A stretch of 63,887 bases of DNA, counting the filler, from Kipferlia bialata (taxonomy: Eukaryota), in assembly GCA_003568945.1 (NCBI GenBank). It is 5 parts of 5 records of this genome, joined end to end, with 100 filler letters (N's around TTAATTAATTAA, not from the genome) between each part and the next. Parts side by side here need not be neighbours in the genome. Positions count along the whole stretch, not along the records: positions 30,439 to 45,554 come from BDIP01000743.1; positions 45,655 to 60,761 come from BDIP01000744.1; 3 more parts are not named here. One strand, written 5' to 3'. Made by a program: the position numbers and the translations under genes. Shown piece after piece: positions 40,401 to 55,700 of this stretch; position 1 is the stretch's first letter; each line of letters begins with the position of its first letter. The notes beneath the pieces were generated by a model. The model was given only the letters and a program-made list of their open reading frames with translations. It had not been told where the DNA came from and did not search any database.

Positions 40401-43400
40401 GGCAGGGGCATACTCTATACCGGCTGCCTCATCGGCTAACTGTTCAGGGGCATAGACAGAGCCTCTCGCAGTGAGACAGAGACACACAGAGAGAGAGAGA
40501 GACAGACTACACTTATGGGTCATAGTACTGACGCCCTGTGTACCTAGCGCATGGGTAGCACCCATCAGCAGGGGTGTCTGCGGATGGATCACACGGGGCA
40601 CCAAGTACAGTGGTCCAGACCTAGAGGTGGGTAATGGGTGTCGTCATCAGTGTACCAAATGTATATGTACATGCATACATGGGTCACTCTTCCACCCCCA
40701 CCTCTGGCACGGGCTGTCCCTTGGGGGCAGAGGCAGACTCGACTAGGTACCCGCCCATCGTGTAGAGCGAGGTGCCGACAATGCCTACTGTCAGTATATC
40801 CATGCTGTCAGTGTATACATACTGTCAATACTCACACATTGTCAGTACACATATGTATCCCACAGTACTCGTAGGCATACATACACAATGCACCCCACCC
40901 TGCAAGAAGCCCATTCTGTTCCTCTCCATGGTCGTGCCCCCCTCAGGCTGTATCTCGCTGGCCCTGGCGTGTGACATCCACCCCCCGTCCTCCTCATTGA
41001 TGTGGGTGAAGTCCAGTACCCTTATGACACCAGGGGGGACGGACATCCTGTTGTTACGACCGCCAGTGCTCAGGGCCCTAGACGTCAGAGCAGGGGAGAG
41101 AAGGCATCTACAACCAGAAGCTGATACATGAATACAACATATATATACATCCAAATGTATATATCCTCATATATATCACCATAGACATGTATGTCTCCAC
41201 CCTACCCACCTGTTGCCGAGTACTGACACGGGTGCCGAGGCAAATGCCGTGTTGACTGTGGATACATCATCATCCTCCCCCATAGTCTGCTCCACACTCT
41301 CTATGTACACCTCGGCACCTTCGATGTCTATGTACACCTGGGTGTGGGTACTATGAGTAGCAGAGGTTGATGAATACGACGTGTCCAATGGAATCAGAAG
41401 GCAAGTCTGGATGGTATAACCTTCATGTACTGTATCAATCATAAACATGCTGACCGCCTACTCACCTTGTACAGCTGGGACTGGCACAGCATATTGGCAC
41501 CCACACCCCCCTGGAGGTATAGGTACCCGTCGTCCAGAGAGTACGTGCCTTGCATCAGTATCAGTATCAGCATCAGTACCAGCATCCATGCTACAATATC
41601 CATGCAATATCATCCTATCCCCCACCTTCTCTCTCTGCCTCTCCTATAGGAATGAAGAACAGCGATGCATCACTCAGCGCAGGAAGGGCAGAGTACCGAA
41701 CGTGGTGGAGCTTGGTCCACACCTGACACAGTGAGTATGGGCATAGACTCAATTGCAGATAGCGGCATTGGATATGGAAGCAGAATACCCCAGTGACCCA
41801 AAATGGAGACATATACACACATACACACACCTTGTCGAAGTAACTGAACGTGTACATGTCGCCCAGGACCCCCTCATCCCCCATGCCCCCAAAGAGTATA
41901 AGAGTCTCCCCCACGGCCACCACAGCAGCACCGGACCTGGCACATGGCTTGTCTCCCACACTCTCCTGAGGGTGAGGCAGAAAGAAGAGATGATGCTGTA
42001 TATCGTGCGTAACAAAATATACTACCCGACTGTCATTACTCCCTACATCTCTGCCCCACCTGTGCCTTAATCTCCTTGATGCCGGTGTGGTATGTGAACT
42101 CATCGTCTAGGAGGATACCCTCAGCGTTCTGACCCCCAAACACCATGAGAACAGGCCCAAAGGCTACCTGAGGTGGGGGTATGCAGATACACACAACAGT
42201 ACTAGATACACATCCCCCCCTATACACACATACCATGGATGCGGAGTGCCTAGCTGCTGGTATACTGCCTATCAGAGTGGGTCTAGTCCAGTACATGGGC
42301 TCGGGGGGATACCCATCCGGGTCACACACCTCCTCGCACCCCCCTGTCTCATCCTCACAGGGCAGGTCACACGTGTCATAGTTGACATCACAGTCTGGGG
42401 GGGTGGATATGCATGCGGTGTATGCTGCGTCACACGCTGACGTGTCTGCATAGCATGTCTCTAGAGAGGCATCGCAGAGGGCAGGCGGTGTGGTGGCATA
42501 GCACGTCTGGTACGTGGCCTCACACCCGTCCTCCTCCTCTGCAGTCTCTGCCTCATAGTAGCAGTCCCAGTAGCTGTTGTCACACACACCCGCTGGGGTC
42601 GCAGCTGAGCACTCGTCATATGCCGCATCACACTCACCCTCGTCGTCAGGGTTGGCATCATAGCATGTGTACAGGGCCTCAGTGCACAGGGCACCAGGGG
42701 TGGAGTCGTAGCACGCCTCATACAACTCATAGCAGGCATCGTCCAGGGCAGTCCCACACTCCTCCCTCTCTGACTGACAGGGTGACACCACATCGTCTAG
42801 GACAGAGAAGCATGCTATGTAGGAATCCATGCAGGCCTGGTATCAGACATCCACAGCGCTTAACTTGGTCTACACTCTCACAGTCATATATATCAAGTCT
42901 CAAGTCACATTCGCGCATATAAATAGCCCCTTGATGGCAGCACCTGCTCTGGGTCTGTGCCCTCTACCTCTGCCACACAGTCCTGGTATGTGTATGCACA
43001 GTCAGTGCAGGCATACCAGGCATCGTCACAGGCCACATCGCACTCGCCCATGCCTGACTGTTACATGGGTAAGAGGACGTGTACTGCTACTGAGAGAGAG
43101 TGTATCATTCCACTGCTACGACATTAAGACAGACCACTAGACCAGTCCTCCCACCTGTCTCCCTCCACTTGTCTATGCACATGTCATAGCAGGTGGCAGT
43201 GGAGTTGAAGGCTAGAAGGGTGTTGAGGACAGTGCCAGCCTGGGGTGAGATGTATAGGGGGTGACACCCATACACTAAGGCACTACATGAATAGTGTATA
43301 TATATGTGTAGAGGAGGCAACAGTGAGATGAGCAGTGTACATGTACGACAAAAGTACTAAACCCATACCCCTGTCTGCCCCCCAAATGCGTAGATACTGT

Positions 43401-45554
43401 CTCCGCTTGTGGCACAGGCTGTGTCTACAAGGCCTGGGGTGAGACTGAGACACGTCCACACTGACCCTAGCACATACACCCTAGCACAGTGTCTAAGCCA
43501 TAGACTAAGATCCCGACAAGTGAGTATTCCCCGTACCTGTAGCTGGCCCCCCATCATACGAAGGGTTCATCTCGTATATGTCTGCCTCGTACCCGTCCAC
43601 CTCTGAGGAGGGGTACACCCACAGCATGTCGTTCTTGATGTCATCGGCCCACCCTGCCAGTGAGGTGTCGACACTTGTAAATATATATATATATATACAT
43701 ATACATATCTACGTATACCCATGACCCCCCACCTCCGAACCCGTATGCCTCGTCCCAGTAGTCATACACAATGGACAGAGAGTGCCTGGGGTGGGGGAAG
43801 AGTATGCTGTCAAGACTCTGGTGTATGTCGGTGGATTAAATGACATGTATGCAATTGCGCATAAATGTATCCATACATGTCGCACCTGGCCTGTTCGGGG
43901 TCGTTGAGTTCCTCCACCCACTTTGTGTCTGTACCCGCTAGGCAGGAGGTGAGGTTGAGGGACCGGAAGGACTCGTAGACACTGCCTGTAAGGATGTCCT
44001 GGCCAAACACTGGAGGTGAGGGGGGTGGGGAGGGGGGGTATATAATGGGTATGGGCATGCAGGAGACACCGAGTGACATACAATGTCATACCGCATTATC
44101 ATAGATGTTGTATATATACACCCCCTCCACCTGTGTAGAAGAACCCATCAGTGTCATCCATGTAGCACCCTAGGCTCTGAATATAGACGCCCTCCTCCTC
44201 AGAGGGGGAAGACCACACAGAAGACCAGGTCTGGGGGATAAGGGGGATGGTATTGTAGTAGCATTACTGTAGAAAACAGAGGTCAGAAACCACTATACCC
44301 ATCACCGTACCATTGTCTTTGTGTCGAATGCATGGAGGACGTCGTTTCCAATGAGGATCCCGTCCTAGAGGTAAGGGACAAGTACATATAGGTAGACATA
44401 GTTAGATGGGAAAACACATAAAAGCATGTATGTATGGGTAAGGAGTCGGGATATGATGGTGGAGAAGCATAGTGGTCCAACAAGAATAGATGTATGAAAT
44501 GTACGGAACCTTGATACAATCACATCCATAGTCTTCTAGAGAGTGCGTATATATATAGCATATATATAGTATATAGTATATAGTATATAATAGTATATAA
44601 TAGTATATATAGTATATAGTATATAATACTTATATAGTATCTATTGTGTGTCAATAAATGTACACCGACCCACCTCATCGCTTCCCCCGTAGCCCCCATA
44701 GGTGTAGACCTTGGTGCCTAGTGTGAGACAGATGGACACATGGAGAGGGATATACATCCACCCAGGCTAAAATACTAGTTCAGCTGCGTATATACACATA
44801 TACCAGATGGAGGTACATGGTGTCTCTATATCACTCATCCCTGTACCTGCCCCCACAGCACACCCCTTGGCTGCTGCCTGGGGGGTGGTATCTGTGTCAG
44901 GCACCCTGGTGAATGTCTCAGAGGAGGGTGTGAACAGCCACGTCTCTGGGGTGAGGGGTCAGACAGACACGGGACCATGAAGACATGTATGTATATACTA
45001 TATTCCACATACCTCCAATCACATCTGTGGCCACTGAGCCTCCGAACATGAGCATACACGTCTCCGATGCCTGTTGTTAGAGGATGTACATATACACTAG
45101 AGTGATGCCAACAGAACAACTAGAACCGGAAGTCGACAGTACACACACCACACTCACCCAGTCCTGACACTCCTCCTCTGTGCGGGTGCATGTCTGTACC
45201 TCAATGGCCGCAGAGAAGGCAGAGGTGCCTGGGGTGAGGGGAGGGGGTATGTGGCCTGTACGACACGATGACGTACGAGGTGAGAGTGGTGTGGGAATCT
45301 CCCTCCACACCATATGCTGTGTGTCCAGGACCCACAGGTCGCTGAAGTAGTGGTTGCCCTGGGGGTGAGAGAGCTGCACACAGTGACATCTACACGTACA
45401 TCACCCATCCTGACCCACCTCATTACCAAACCCTATGTAGAGACTGGTGCCACTCAGGAACCCTACAGGGTTGGCACGGCCGGGGGGGCTCTGGCCTAGG
45501 GGGTGGGGGGGGGGGGGGGGATCAGACAGGCTCTGGGACATACATACATATATG
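37467..45554 (-). CDS. Large membrane protein: kelch repeats, acidic Cys-rich insert, ephrin-receptor-like (GCC2/GCC3) Cys repeats and three TM segments; 5'-truncated
   Basis: Kelch exons include YFSDLWVLDTQHMVWRE, MLMFGGS, KVYTYGGYGG, SIYAFGGQT, PAARHSASM|VAFGPVLMVFGGQNAEG and ARSGAAVVAVGETLILFGGMG. Cys repeats are CQACPKGHF, CTACPEGFYND and CLACPSGTYNPDRGQAQCTPCPP|GDHCP. TM segments are YLYIGLGALMASVLLAVILG, WIGGMLSGLFICTFVVIGGGLVIPYLF and IAAFLAALLGSMTGLQGTFAVVAGVL. A basic tail ends GAMPL* at 37467. Confidence 0.8.
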
Positions 45555-45654
45555 NNNNNNNNNNNNNNNNNNNNNNNNNNNNNNNNNNNNNNNNNNNNTT
45601 AATTAATTAANNNNNNNNNNNNNNNNNNNNNNNNNNNNNNNNNNNNNNNNNNNN
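45555..45654. other. Artificial contig linker N44-TTAATTAATTAA-N44
   Basis: Same spacer as at 15123. Confidence 0.98.
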
Positions 45655-46160
45655 TATTTGCTCGTCGCCACAACAGAGAAGTGCGCACGTACTCACTGAT
45701 GTACATCACGCAATAAGGGTTTAGTGTGTGAATGTCCTTTGTCCGTAAGGATCAATAAAAACTATAGGCATGGTGTGGATATCAAATGAGTCGTTAGGTG
45801 TCTAGTTGGTGAAAGGGTTAGGAGTATAACGTTATATCATATAGAGGAGGGAATATTAGGTACAAATATGACGCAAGGTGAAAAGGGCGAGGAGATAGCA
45901 TGACACATCAGTTCTTGACAAGTGCAGTGTGTAATACTCAGAATACTATGTACTGTGTCAGGACAAGAATCGTTACACACTCGGTGTTCATAAAGTGCAT
46001 ATCAAATACGTACTAATCTATTGTTGGTTCTATGGTAACCCCGGTGCCTGGCCTCATTGGAATGATCTCTCTCTCTGCCTCTCTCTTAGTCTGGCTAGAC
46101 ACTGGGAACAGTATCAATGTGGTAGGATATGACTCATCTCTCTCTCTGTGTGTGTGTGTT

Positions 46161-46189
<29 letters not shown>

Positions 46190-46191
<2 letters not shown>

Positions 46192-47680
46192 ACAGAACGT
46201 TGAAGTAGGCGCCTGCACTGACCCAGTAGTCTGCTCCAACCTACTGGTGAGGCACATACTTAACCACATACCATCTATATCTATCTATCTATCTATCTAT
46301 ATACATATATACATAGAGAGAGACAGAGAGGCACTGACCCAGTAGTCTGCTCCAACCTACAGGTGAGGCATATGGTTCACACTATATAGAGAGACATATC
46401 CAAATAATGTATGGCAGGGACGATTCACAATCTATATAGAAACCTAGCATATTTTACTGGTACAGTATATGAACTATAATAGTAGTGGTTAAGTATACAT
46501 ACCTTGTCTGAGAGTGTGACTCTGCCTAGCTGTCCACAAGTATATCCAAATAGTAGACAGCCTTAAGTGTCTTAGAAATATATTAGTATATATATAGATT
46601 CCATACACATTTGGTAATGGTTATGCATATACCTTGTCTGAGAGTGTGACTCTTCCTAGCTGTCTGCCAGATAGGACAACAGGGATAGAGGCCTGAGGTT
46701 ATACAGTATATATATAGATACTAGAGTGATTGAGAGATGGCACAACAGATATAGAGGCCTAGAGGGTGAGAGAGGGAGGGAAAGAGAGAGAGAGAAAGAG
46801 ATAATAGTTGGTTTATAGCCACACTGGCTATATAGCGTAATATTCTATTCATATATCAGTATATACCTGGTTTGTTGCCGCGATACATTCACATGACTGG
46901 CCAACATACATAAATCACCCAAAATACCCATCACAGAATATGGAACTCTTGACCATTCCCGTAGAAGAATGATTGATATATGTGCATACCTGATGACACT
47001 TGCTCTATATCGAAAACTCTACCCATATATCAGTGCATACCTGATTGGTAGCCATCCCAGACAGACTGGGTACCCCACACCAAATATTATATATACTATA
47101 CTATATATACTATATATACTATACTATATATACATATGTATACCTCCATATATACATATGTATACTCTATATATACATATGTTTACTATATATACAAATA
47201 CTATATGTATACATGCATATACCTGGTTGGTAGCCATCCCAGACAGACTGGGCACCCTGTTGCCACCATGGAGACCACTGGACTGGGGGTGAATACATAT
47301 ATAGTCATACATACATAGTCATATACACATAGATATATAGTACGTATGTAAAGAGAATACTTGTATATATATGAGTGTCTAGTATCCATGGAGACCACTG
47401 GACTGGGGCTGAGAAGACACATATACTCATCTATGTACATACATATATATAATGAATCAATATGAATACCACTGGACTTGGGGTGGGAATAGTACTACAA
47501 TAGCCTACACATTGATATATAGATTACTACACACACACATACATATTTACATATATACAATACTAACATACCTGCAGACTGACCAGGGACAGGCTGCTCT
47601 CACTGCTGACATCGGACTGGCCATCATCTGAGAGTTAGGTAAATCTGTTGAGGTGTAACTGTATATAATGATAAATATAC

Positions 47681-47723
<43 letters not shown>

Positions 47724-48159
47724 CTGCTCACATCGGACTGGCCATCATCTGAGAGTTAGGTATACATACACAGAATGGTATGAGAGAGAGAGAGGGAGAC
47801 TGCTCACCTGCGGGTGAAGACCTTAGGATGGCACAGTCTGTATATATCTATAAATATATATATATGAATATACATCTCTAACAATAGTATTCATTCAGAG
47901 TCATTGGAATTCAACAGCCAATATATGCAAGAATATAAGAATGTTCAAGAGTATATTGCAAATATGAAAGATTGTGTATGATATATACATCCAAATACTA
48001 TATTCACGCGTACCGGCAGGCCGAGGCCCCTTCCTTCTCACTCATGACATGCATTGTATGTATATGTGTATATATATTACACATATACATTAATATACTA
48101 AATGAATGAGGATACAGTACCTGCTGAGGCCCCCTCCTTCTCACTTATCACGTGGAGGT

Positions 48160-48195
<36 letters not shown>

Positions 48196-49708
48196 GTATG
48201 TATATATATATATATAAGCATACCTGCTGTGGCCCCCTCCTTCTCACTCATGACATGCAGGTAGACATCCTATATGCATATATATATATATATATAAATG
48301 TATATATACATTTGTATACATATACATACCTGTTGAGGCCCCCTCCTTCTCACTCATGACATGGAGGTAGACATCTGTGGTGTCCTGGGAGTGAGTATCT
48401 TATGATACACACACACATATATATATACATATAGAGCTAGAGAGAGAGAGAGAGAGAAAGTGTCTCGTGGAGGTAGACATCCGTGGTGTCCTGAGGGGTG
48501 AGGACTATTTATACAACCAGAGAGGTTGGGGGAGAGAGTGAACACGAGTAAATTCAATAGATAGGACGTGTGGATAGAGTGAGTATGTACTAGTATACTG
48601 ATGTATATATGCCTACCTCAGGGATGAGGAATGACGACACAATGGGTGTCCTTGTCCCATGTATATATGTAAAGTGAATAGTATATAGAATGGTATATAT
48701 ATATGAGTCTATTGTATTATACATAGATATATACCTCCGGGATGAGGAATGACGACACAATGGGTGTCCTCGTGTCCCATATATATCGGTCTGACATAGT
48801 TTATATACAGTATACATAGTATACTGTTATGGGGATAGAAGCATCCACTGTATATACCTCAGGGATGAGGAATGACGACACGATGGGTGTCCTCTTGTCA
48901 GCAGACAGACGGAACCCCTCCATCGAGGCCTTGACCTGTTGTTAGATATACAACACATACATACATACACTATACACAAAAATATACACAGTATAGTACA
49001 TTGTAGTGTATAATGAATGAATGGAACCCTTCCATCGAGGCCTTGACCTGGGATGTGAGGGACAGTACATACACACACATGTATATATACATACACTAGA
49101 CGAATACATATGAATATATATATAGGGAGAGGATACCCCTCCATCGAGGCCTTGGCCTGGTGTTAGAGGATACATATATATAGAGGATATATATATTGGG
49201 GATATATATAGAGAGAGAATATATATACATATATGGGACATATATTTCCATGTTCTAGAGATAGCATTTACCTTCACTACGGGTGCCTCTCTATAGTCTG
49301 CCCCAGGGGCAGGTACATAGACATGCAAGAATATATCTATTGATATATATATTACACATGTACCTAGCACTTAATGGGTACTGAATACTAGTATGTGTAT
49401 ATATGTATATATACCTTCACGACGGGTGCCTCTCTATAGTCTGCCCCAGGGGCAGGTGGCTGCACACTCACACTGAAGCGACAGTCACTCTGCCTACACG
49501 GTAAGGTACACATATGAATATATCGTGTAGAAAGGAAGTACGCATCGCGTAATCTACGGTGGGTTACACATGGATGTATATCGTGTAGATTAGTAATCTA
49601 CGCGGTACCTGATTCCCTCTGTGTTTGCAAACATGACCATGAGGCCAAAGAGTGCTGCCCTCTTGGTGGGGGTGTCCTAGAGATTAGAGGAAGATATGGA
49701 GTGTATTC

Positions 49709-49740
<32 letters not shown>

Positions 49741-52700
49741 TACAAGGTTAGCACTTCGATATACATAGAGTGCTGCCCTCTTGGTGGGGGTGTCCTGGGT
49801 ATTAGAGGAAGATACGGAGTACATAGAGTATATATAATATATGTATATAGTGTGTGTGTTAGAGAAGATACTTGGTTAATTGATGACATTGATACATACA
49901 TATATACACGTATATATATATATGGTGCTGCCCTCTTGGTGGGGGTGTCCTAGAGATATGATGATCATATATATAATGTATATACAGAGAGAGATGGAGG
50001 GAGAGAGAGAGAAAGAGTACATGGTTAACACTTCGATGAACATAGAGTGCTGCCCTCTTGGTGTCCTAAAGGTAAGAGAGATATTAATATGGTGTTTATA
50101 TATATTATACTTTCATAAAGAGAGAGAGAGAGAGATCTTGAATAGTAAACTACACTGGTATGGATGTATGGACTGCTGCTCTCTTGGTGGGGGTGTCCTA
50201 GAGATAAGGATCAATATAGAGACTACAGGTATATATATAATCTATATTTACATGCGGAGAGAGAGGGTGAGATCTTGACTAATAGACTACATACTGATAC
50301 GCATAGAGTGCTGCCCTCTTTGCCTGGGAGTAGATATGTATAGAGTATAGTTGGTGTATAGTATATACCATGTTCATATATACTTTAAAGGCTATACAGT
50401 ATACTCACCATGTGGGATATGTCGCATGGGTCCTCGTGCCATGATGACACGGGGTGGGAATACATACTATGTATATATAGTGTAAATTACAGATAGTGCC
50501 TAATACAGTATATATACTAGAGTATACAGTGTACATACCATATGGGATATGTCGCATGGGTCCTCGTATAGTATATACATCAATAGAGTATTGAGTATCT
50601 ATAGTACATACTAGAGTATACAGTGTACTCACCATGTGAGATATGTCGCATGGGTCCTCGTGCCATGATGACACAGGGTGGGACAGCAGAAACTGGACAA
50701 GGGTGTTCTAGGGTAAGAGAGACGACATAGACACACATATATATACAAGTGTGTATATATATAGTATGTATATATACAGGGGTGGGACAGCAGGAGCTGG
50801 ACTAGGGTGTGCTGTAGTGAGTGAGACATTTACATATAGCTAGAGAGAGAGTGCTAGGGATAGAGAAGATATTCACGTATATGGAAAGAGGAAGACATAA
50901 AGAGAGAGAGAGGTGTTTGAGATAGTGTGTGAGATAGGGAAGTGGATTAGGCAGTACAACAAGGGAAGAGGCGTCATCACCTGGCTATCTCGCGTTCTGA
51001 GGCTGTCCTGCATGGATAGCATGGCAGAGAGTAGAGATGCACCGGAGTAGTCGAGGTCTCTCTCGCTCTGTCTCTCCCTGTCGCCATCCCCGTTGTCAGT
51101 ATCAGCAGTCACGCCTGCTGTAAGGGTACTGTCAAAATTGGATAGAATTTCTCTTCAACATACTTCCATACACCATACACAGTCTTAGATATATACATAC
51201 AATTATGAGATAGTGAAAGTGCCAATACATATACAGAATCTGTATTACAGATATACAGATATGTCTCACCATTGAGTCTAGGCCTGTGCCGGTTGAACAG
51301 ATCCACTCTGGTCCTCTCCAACTCCCTAAGGGGTCAGCTACCAATAGAACGACATTCTAGCGAGATGAGTGTTTACCTGGGTATATAGTGCCCGTCTTGA
51401 ACGTTCATGACAGCGAGTGCATCATAGGTAGCACATCTCATGTTGTCTGAGGAGAATGCCTTGTGCTGCTTGGCTACTAGGGCCTGACAGTGAGTATATA
51501 GAAAGAGAGAGAGAGAGAGAGAAAGAGAGAGAAGAGATGCCTTGTGCTGCTTGGCTACGAGGGCCTAAGTACTAGCATATCCAAAATATATAGGTATTCA
51601 TTGATAACATACAGATATATATATAGAGAGAGAGAGGGAGAATGAGTGGAGTACCTCTATGTCTTCTACTGGCTCATCCACACTGGTGTTCCTCATGGCA
51701 GTGGCATCTGGGTAGTACAGGGCAATGCGGAAGTTGACATACTCCACCTATAGTAAGCAATCGTGTAGAATTGCAAATCGCGTCAACTATACATGTATAT
51801 GTGTGATAGTACAGGGTAATGCGAATATAGTATACCATATACATACAGTACTATCATACAAACATCCACACCACATGATCTAGACTCTTCTGGAAGGTGG
51901 TAGGGTGACGTCCTAGGGGTATACACTATACTTCATATGCTCTAACAAGACAAGATTGTAAATGCATACAATGTATACACTCAGCACATGATCTAGACTC
52001 TTCTGGAAGGTGGGGGATGTTCTAGGGGGTACCCCTCTACATATAGTATATACTAATATATGTGCTATACCATAAGTATACAGATGTATAGGTATATGGT
52101 ATATATACATACCACATGGTCCAGTGACTTCTGGAAGGTAGGGGATGTCCTAGGGGGTGCCCCTCTACCCCGCTTGGAGTGCCTGCTGCCAGCCCCACTC
52201 ACTCTAGACTGGGCACCTGGGGGGTAAGAAGCAAAGGACTACGGGATGAAACAGTTACGCGATAGTGGATATATATTCATTGAACTTGGAGAGAGATACT
52301 ACACGATGTGTATATAACGCGATAGCGGATATACAGTACCTGACATCGAGCTGGATGCGACTGATGTTGCTATGCTATGGGTGGACTTCATGGAGGCGGC
52401 AATGGAGGTCTGGGACCTAAGGGGTTATAGATATAGGGAGATATGTATATAGAAACCTATTTAGAATGAGAGAGAGAGAAGGCCTTCATGGAGGCGGCGA
52501 TGGAAGTTTGGGACCTGATAGGGTTAGAGAGAGACGTGAGACGAGAGAGAAATACAGAGTGAAAGAACCTAACAATTCATACACCCCAAAAGGCATATGT
52601 ATATATGCTAATATCTAGATAGAGAGAGACTTGTGACTCCTGGAGGATAAAATTATACTATATGAATATATTGTATACTAATACATATATTGTATACATG

Positions 52701-55700
52701 AGACTCCTTGATGATGCATTGGTCTTGCTGATATATATACATATATACATATACATACACACACTCTCTACATATATATATATATATACACATAAATATA
52801 TATATACCTGTGACTCCTCGATGATGCATTGGTCTTGCTGGTACGGGCAGTCATGCCTGGGGGTTAGAGAAGTATCTGAAAGATACTATAAATCTAGGTA
52901 CATGTGTACATATGAATATGTATTTATATATGTATATATGTATGCTGGTCCGGGCAGTCATGCCTAGGCGTGAGACTATTACAAAGGTATACTATTATAC
53001 TTATTAACTCTGTATATACCGGAAAAGAAATAGAATATACTGTACATGTGCAAAAGCCAAATATAGTAATAGTATTACTGATACATTACCTGGTGCCCCC
53101 TCTGCTGACTCTCTCAGTACATCCACCTCCATCCACTATAATATATACCATAAGCACTATATATACTATATACTTACTATATTTACTGTATATATACTGT
53201 ATATATACTCCTGCCTATACCTGGTGCCCCCTCAGCTGACTCTCTGAGTACATCCACCCCCATCCACTCACTCCCCTGACCAGAGGCACAGTGCTTGCAG
53301 AGACCTAGGATTAGTATATATACATAGAGAAATATACGGAAAGAGACTGATGGAGAGACACTCCTTACCGGGGAACTCCATCTGCACCGGTGGCACTCAT
53401 ATAATACTCTCATATATATGTATATAGAGTATATATAGTATAGTATTTATATACAATAGTGTATATACCTGGGAACTCCATCTGCACCGGCAGCATGTGA
53501 CTGGCACATATATACCCATGTTCTCGAGTACATCTATATAATGTCTATATATCTATATACATATATAGTATACTATATACCTGGGAACTCCATCTGCACC
53601 GGCAGCATGTGGCTAGCACTACCTGAGTAGCAGACGGTGTCGGTCATCTCCTGGGCATTAGATACATGTATATATATATATACACAATTCATATACATAT
53701 AGACCTTCACACATATACATACCCTCAGATACCGCATGGTCAGGAACCCAGAGAGAGGCCGAGGTGCTCCTAGCGATTAGAAAACTAAATGTGTAAACAT
53801 CTACGCGATTGGTAGATACACTAGCTGAGCTGAACCTGTTCTGCCACGTAGATACATAATATAGATATATAACATAGTAATATACTATATATCAATAGGT
53901 AAATAGAGTTACTACATCATATAGTATAGTGTGCAATATGTTCTTACCTGAGCTGAACCTGTCCTGCCATGTGAACCTAGTATAGACATATAGTATAGTA
54001 TATAATATAGTTAGATGTAATAATAGATATAGAATACAACGTAGTATACCTGAGGTGAACCTGTCCTGCCATGTGAATGTATAGTATAGATATAGAGTAT
54101 AGTAGTACCATAGAGATATATAGCATATCGTATAGTGTATATAGTATAGAGATATATATAAAATTAGATATAGTATATGTAGATACCCCACCTGAGCTGA
54201 ACCTGTCCTGCCATGTGAATGCACCCAGGTATCCATATATATATCCATATATATATATATATAGTGTATATATATGTGCATGTATGTATACAGTATGATG
54301 CAGTATACCCGAGCTGAACCTGTCCTGCCACGTAGATACATAGTGTAAATGTATATATAGTACTTTATATAGTTAGATGTAATGTATTAGACAATGAGTT
54401 CATTGTATTATATTATGATAATATAGCTGACCTGAGCTGAACCTGTCCTGCCACGTATATTCATAGATGTATAGTACAGATAGATAGTACAGTGTATATT
54501 GTAGGTATATATGTTATAGATACAGTGCACATAATATAAGTACCTGAGCTGAACCTGTCCTGCCATGTGAATGCACCCAGGTAGTCGGTGGGGGCAGAGG
54601 CCTTGCAGGTGGCAATGAGGCCACGCTCCGTGGACTCCTATCGCGTAAGAATCAGCGTCACAACCAAACAGAGTAGAAGGAGGATATATAGGGTTATCGC
54701 GTAGTTTTAAATCGGGTAGAAGGTACTGTACCTGCCCCACCAGGGGTATTCCCCCTGCCACTGCCTTGGTTATAGACACATGCAATTTAGCCCAAATATG
54801 AATATTGTTATCGTGTAGAATAGGATCGTGTAGAGGGTACCTGCCCCACCAGGGGTATCCCCCCAGCCACTGCCTTGACATACCATATAGACACATACAT
54901 TGTAGCCCAAGTAAGTATATTGTTATCGTGTAGAATAGGATCGTGTAGACGCACCTGTCCTACTAGGGGTATCCCCCCAGCCACTGCCTTGGGTCTCTTC
55001 CTGGGACCACCAGTGAGGGACAGGGAGGGACCACCGGCCTAGTATATTAGGGAATATTGATATATGGCATATATACATGTGAATGGTAATTGTGGTATGC
55101 ACACTAGGGACATGGAGGGATTACCGGCCTGATGGGTGAGTGATATATACTCTAACACTATACTACTATGCAATAATAATGGTATATACATAGATATAAC
55201 CTCAACAGACATGGGGGGATCACCGACCTAGTGTTATAGGTATATTGATACATAGCGATATATACATATGTATGGTAATTGTGGTATGCACAATAGGGAC
55301 TTGGATGGATTCTACGGCCTGGTATATCAGGGTAGGCGTCCTTCTAATCACTAAAATACTGCCATACACTTATGTGTACCTGCGAGACCGATGGCCCCAG
55401 AGCCATGCTGGCCCTAGATGCCGTACGGCCAACGGCAGAGGAGAAGTCATCGCCACCTGGCCTAGGGTGTGAATAATGAAAGAGCGTAAATACCAACCTC
55501 ATAGATAGTGTCAGAATTTGTCTATATCATTTCATCACATGTAACATACCTAGCCCCCGGTGCCACTGTGAGGGTGGGTGTCTCTCTGCTGAGAAGTGGA
55601 ATGTCATACAGGTGGGTGGCATCCTGGGGTAAGACATAGAGGCATACACACATACACATATATATGAGTATGTATACTATATCATGTATACATGTATATT

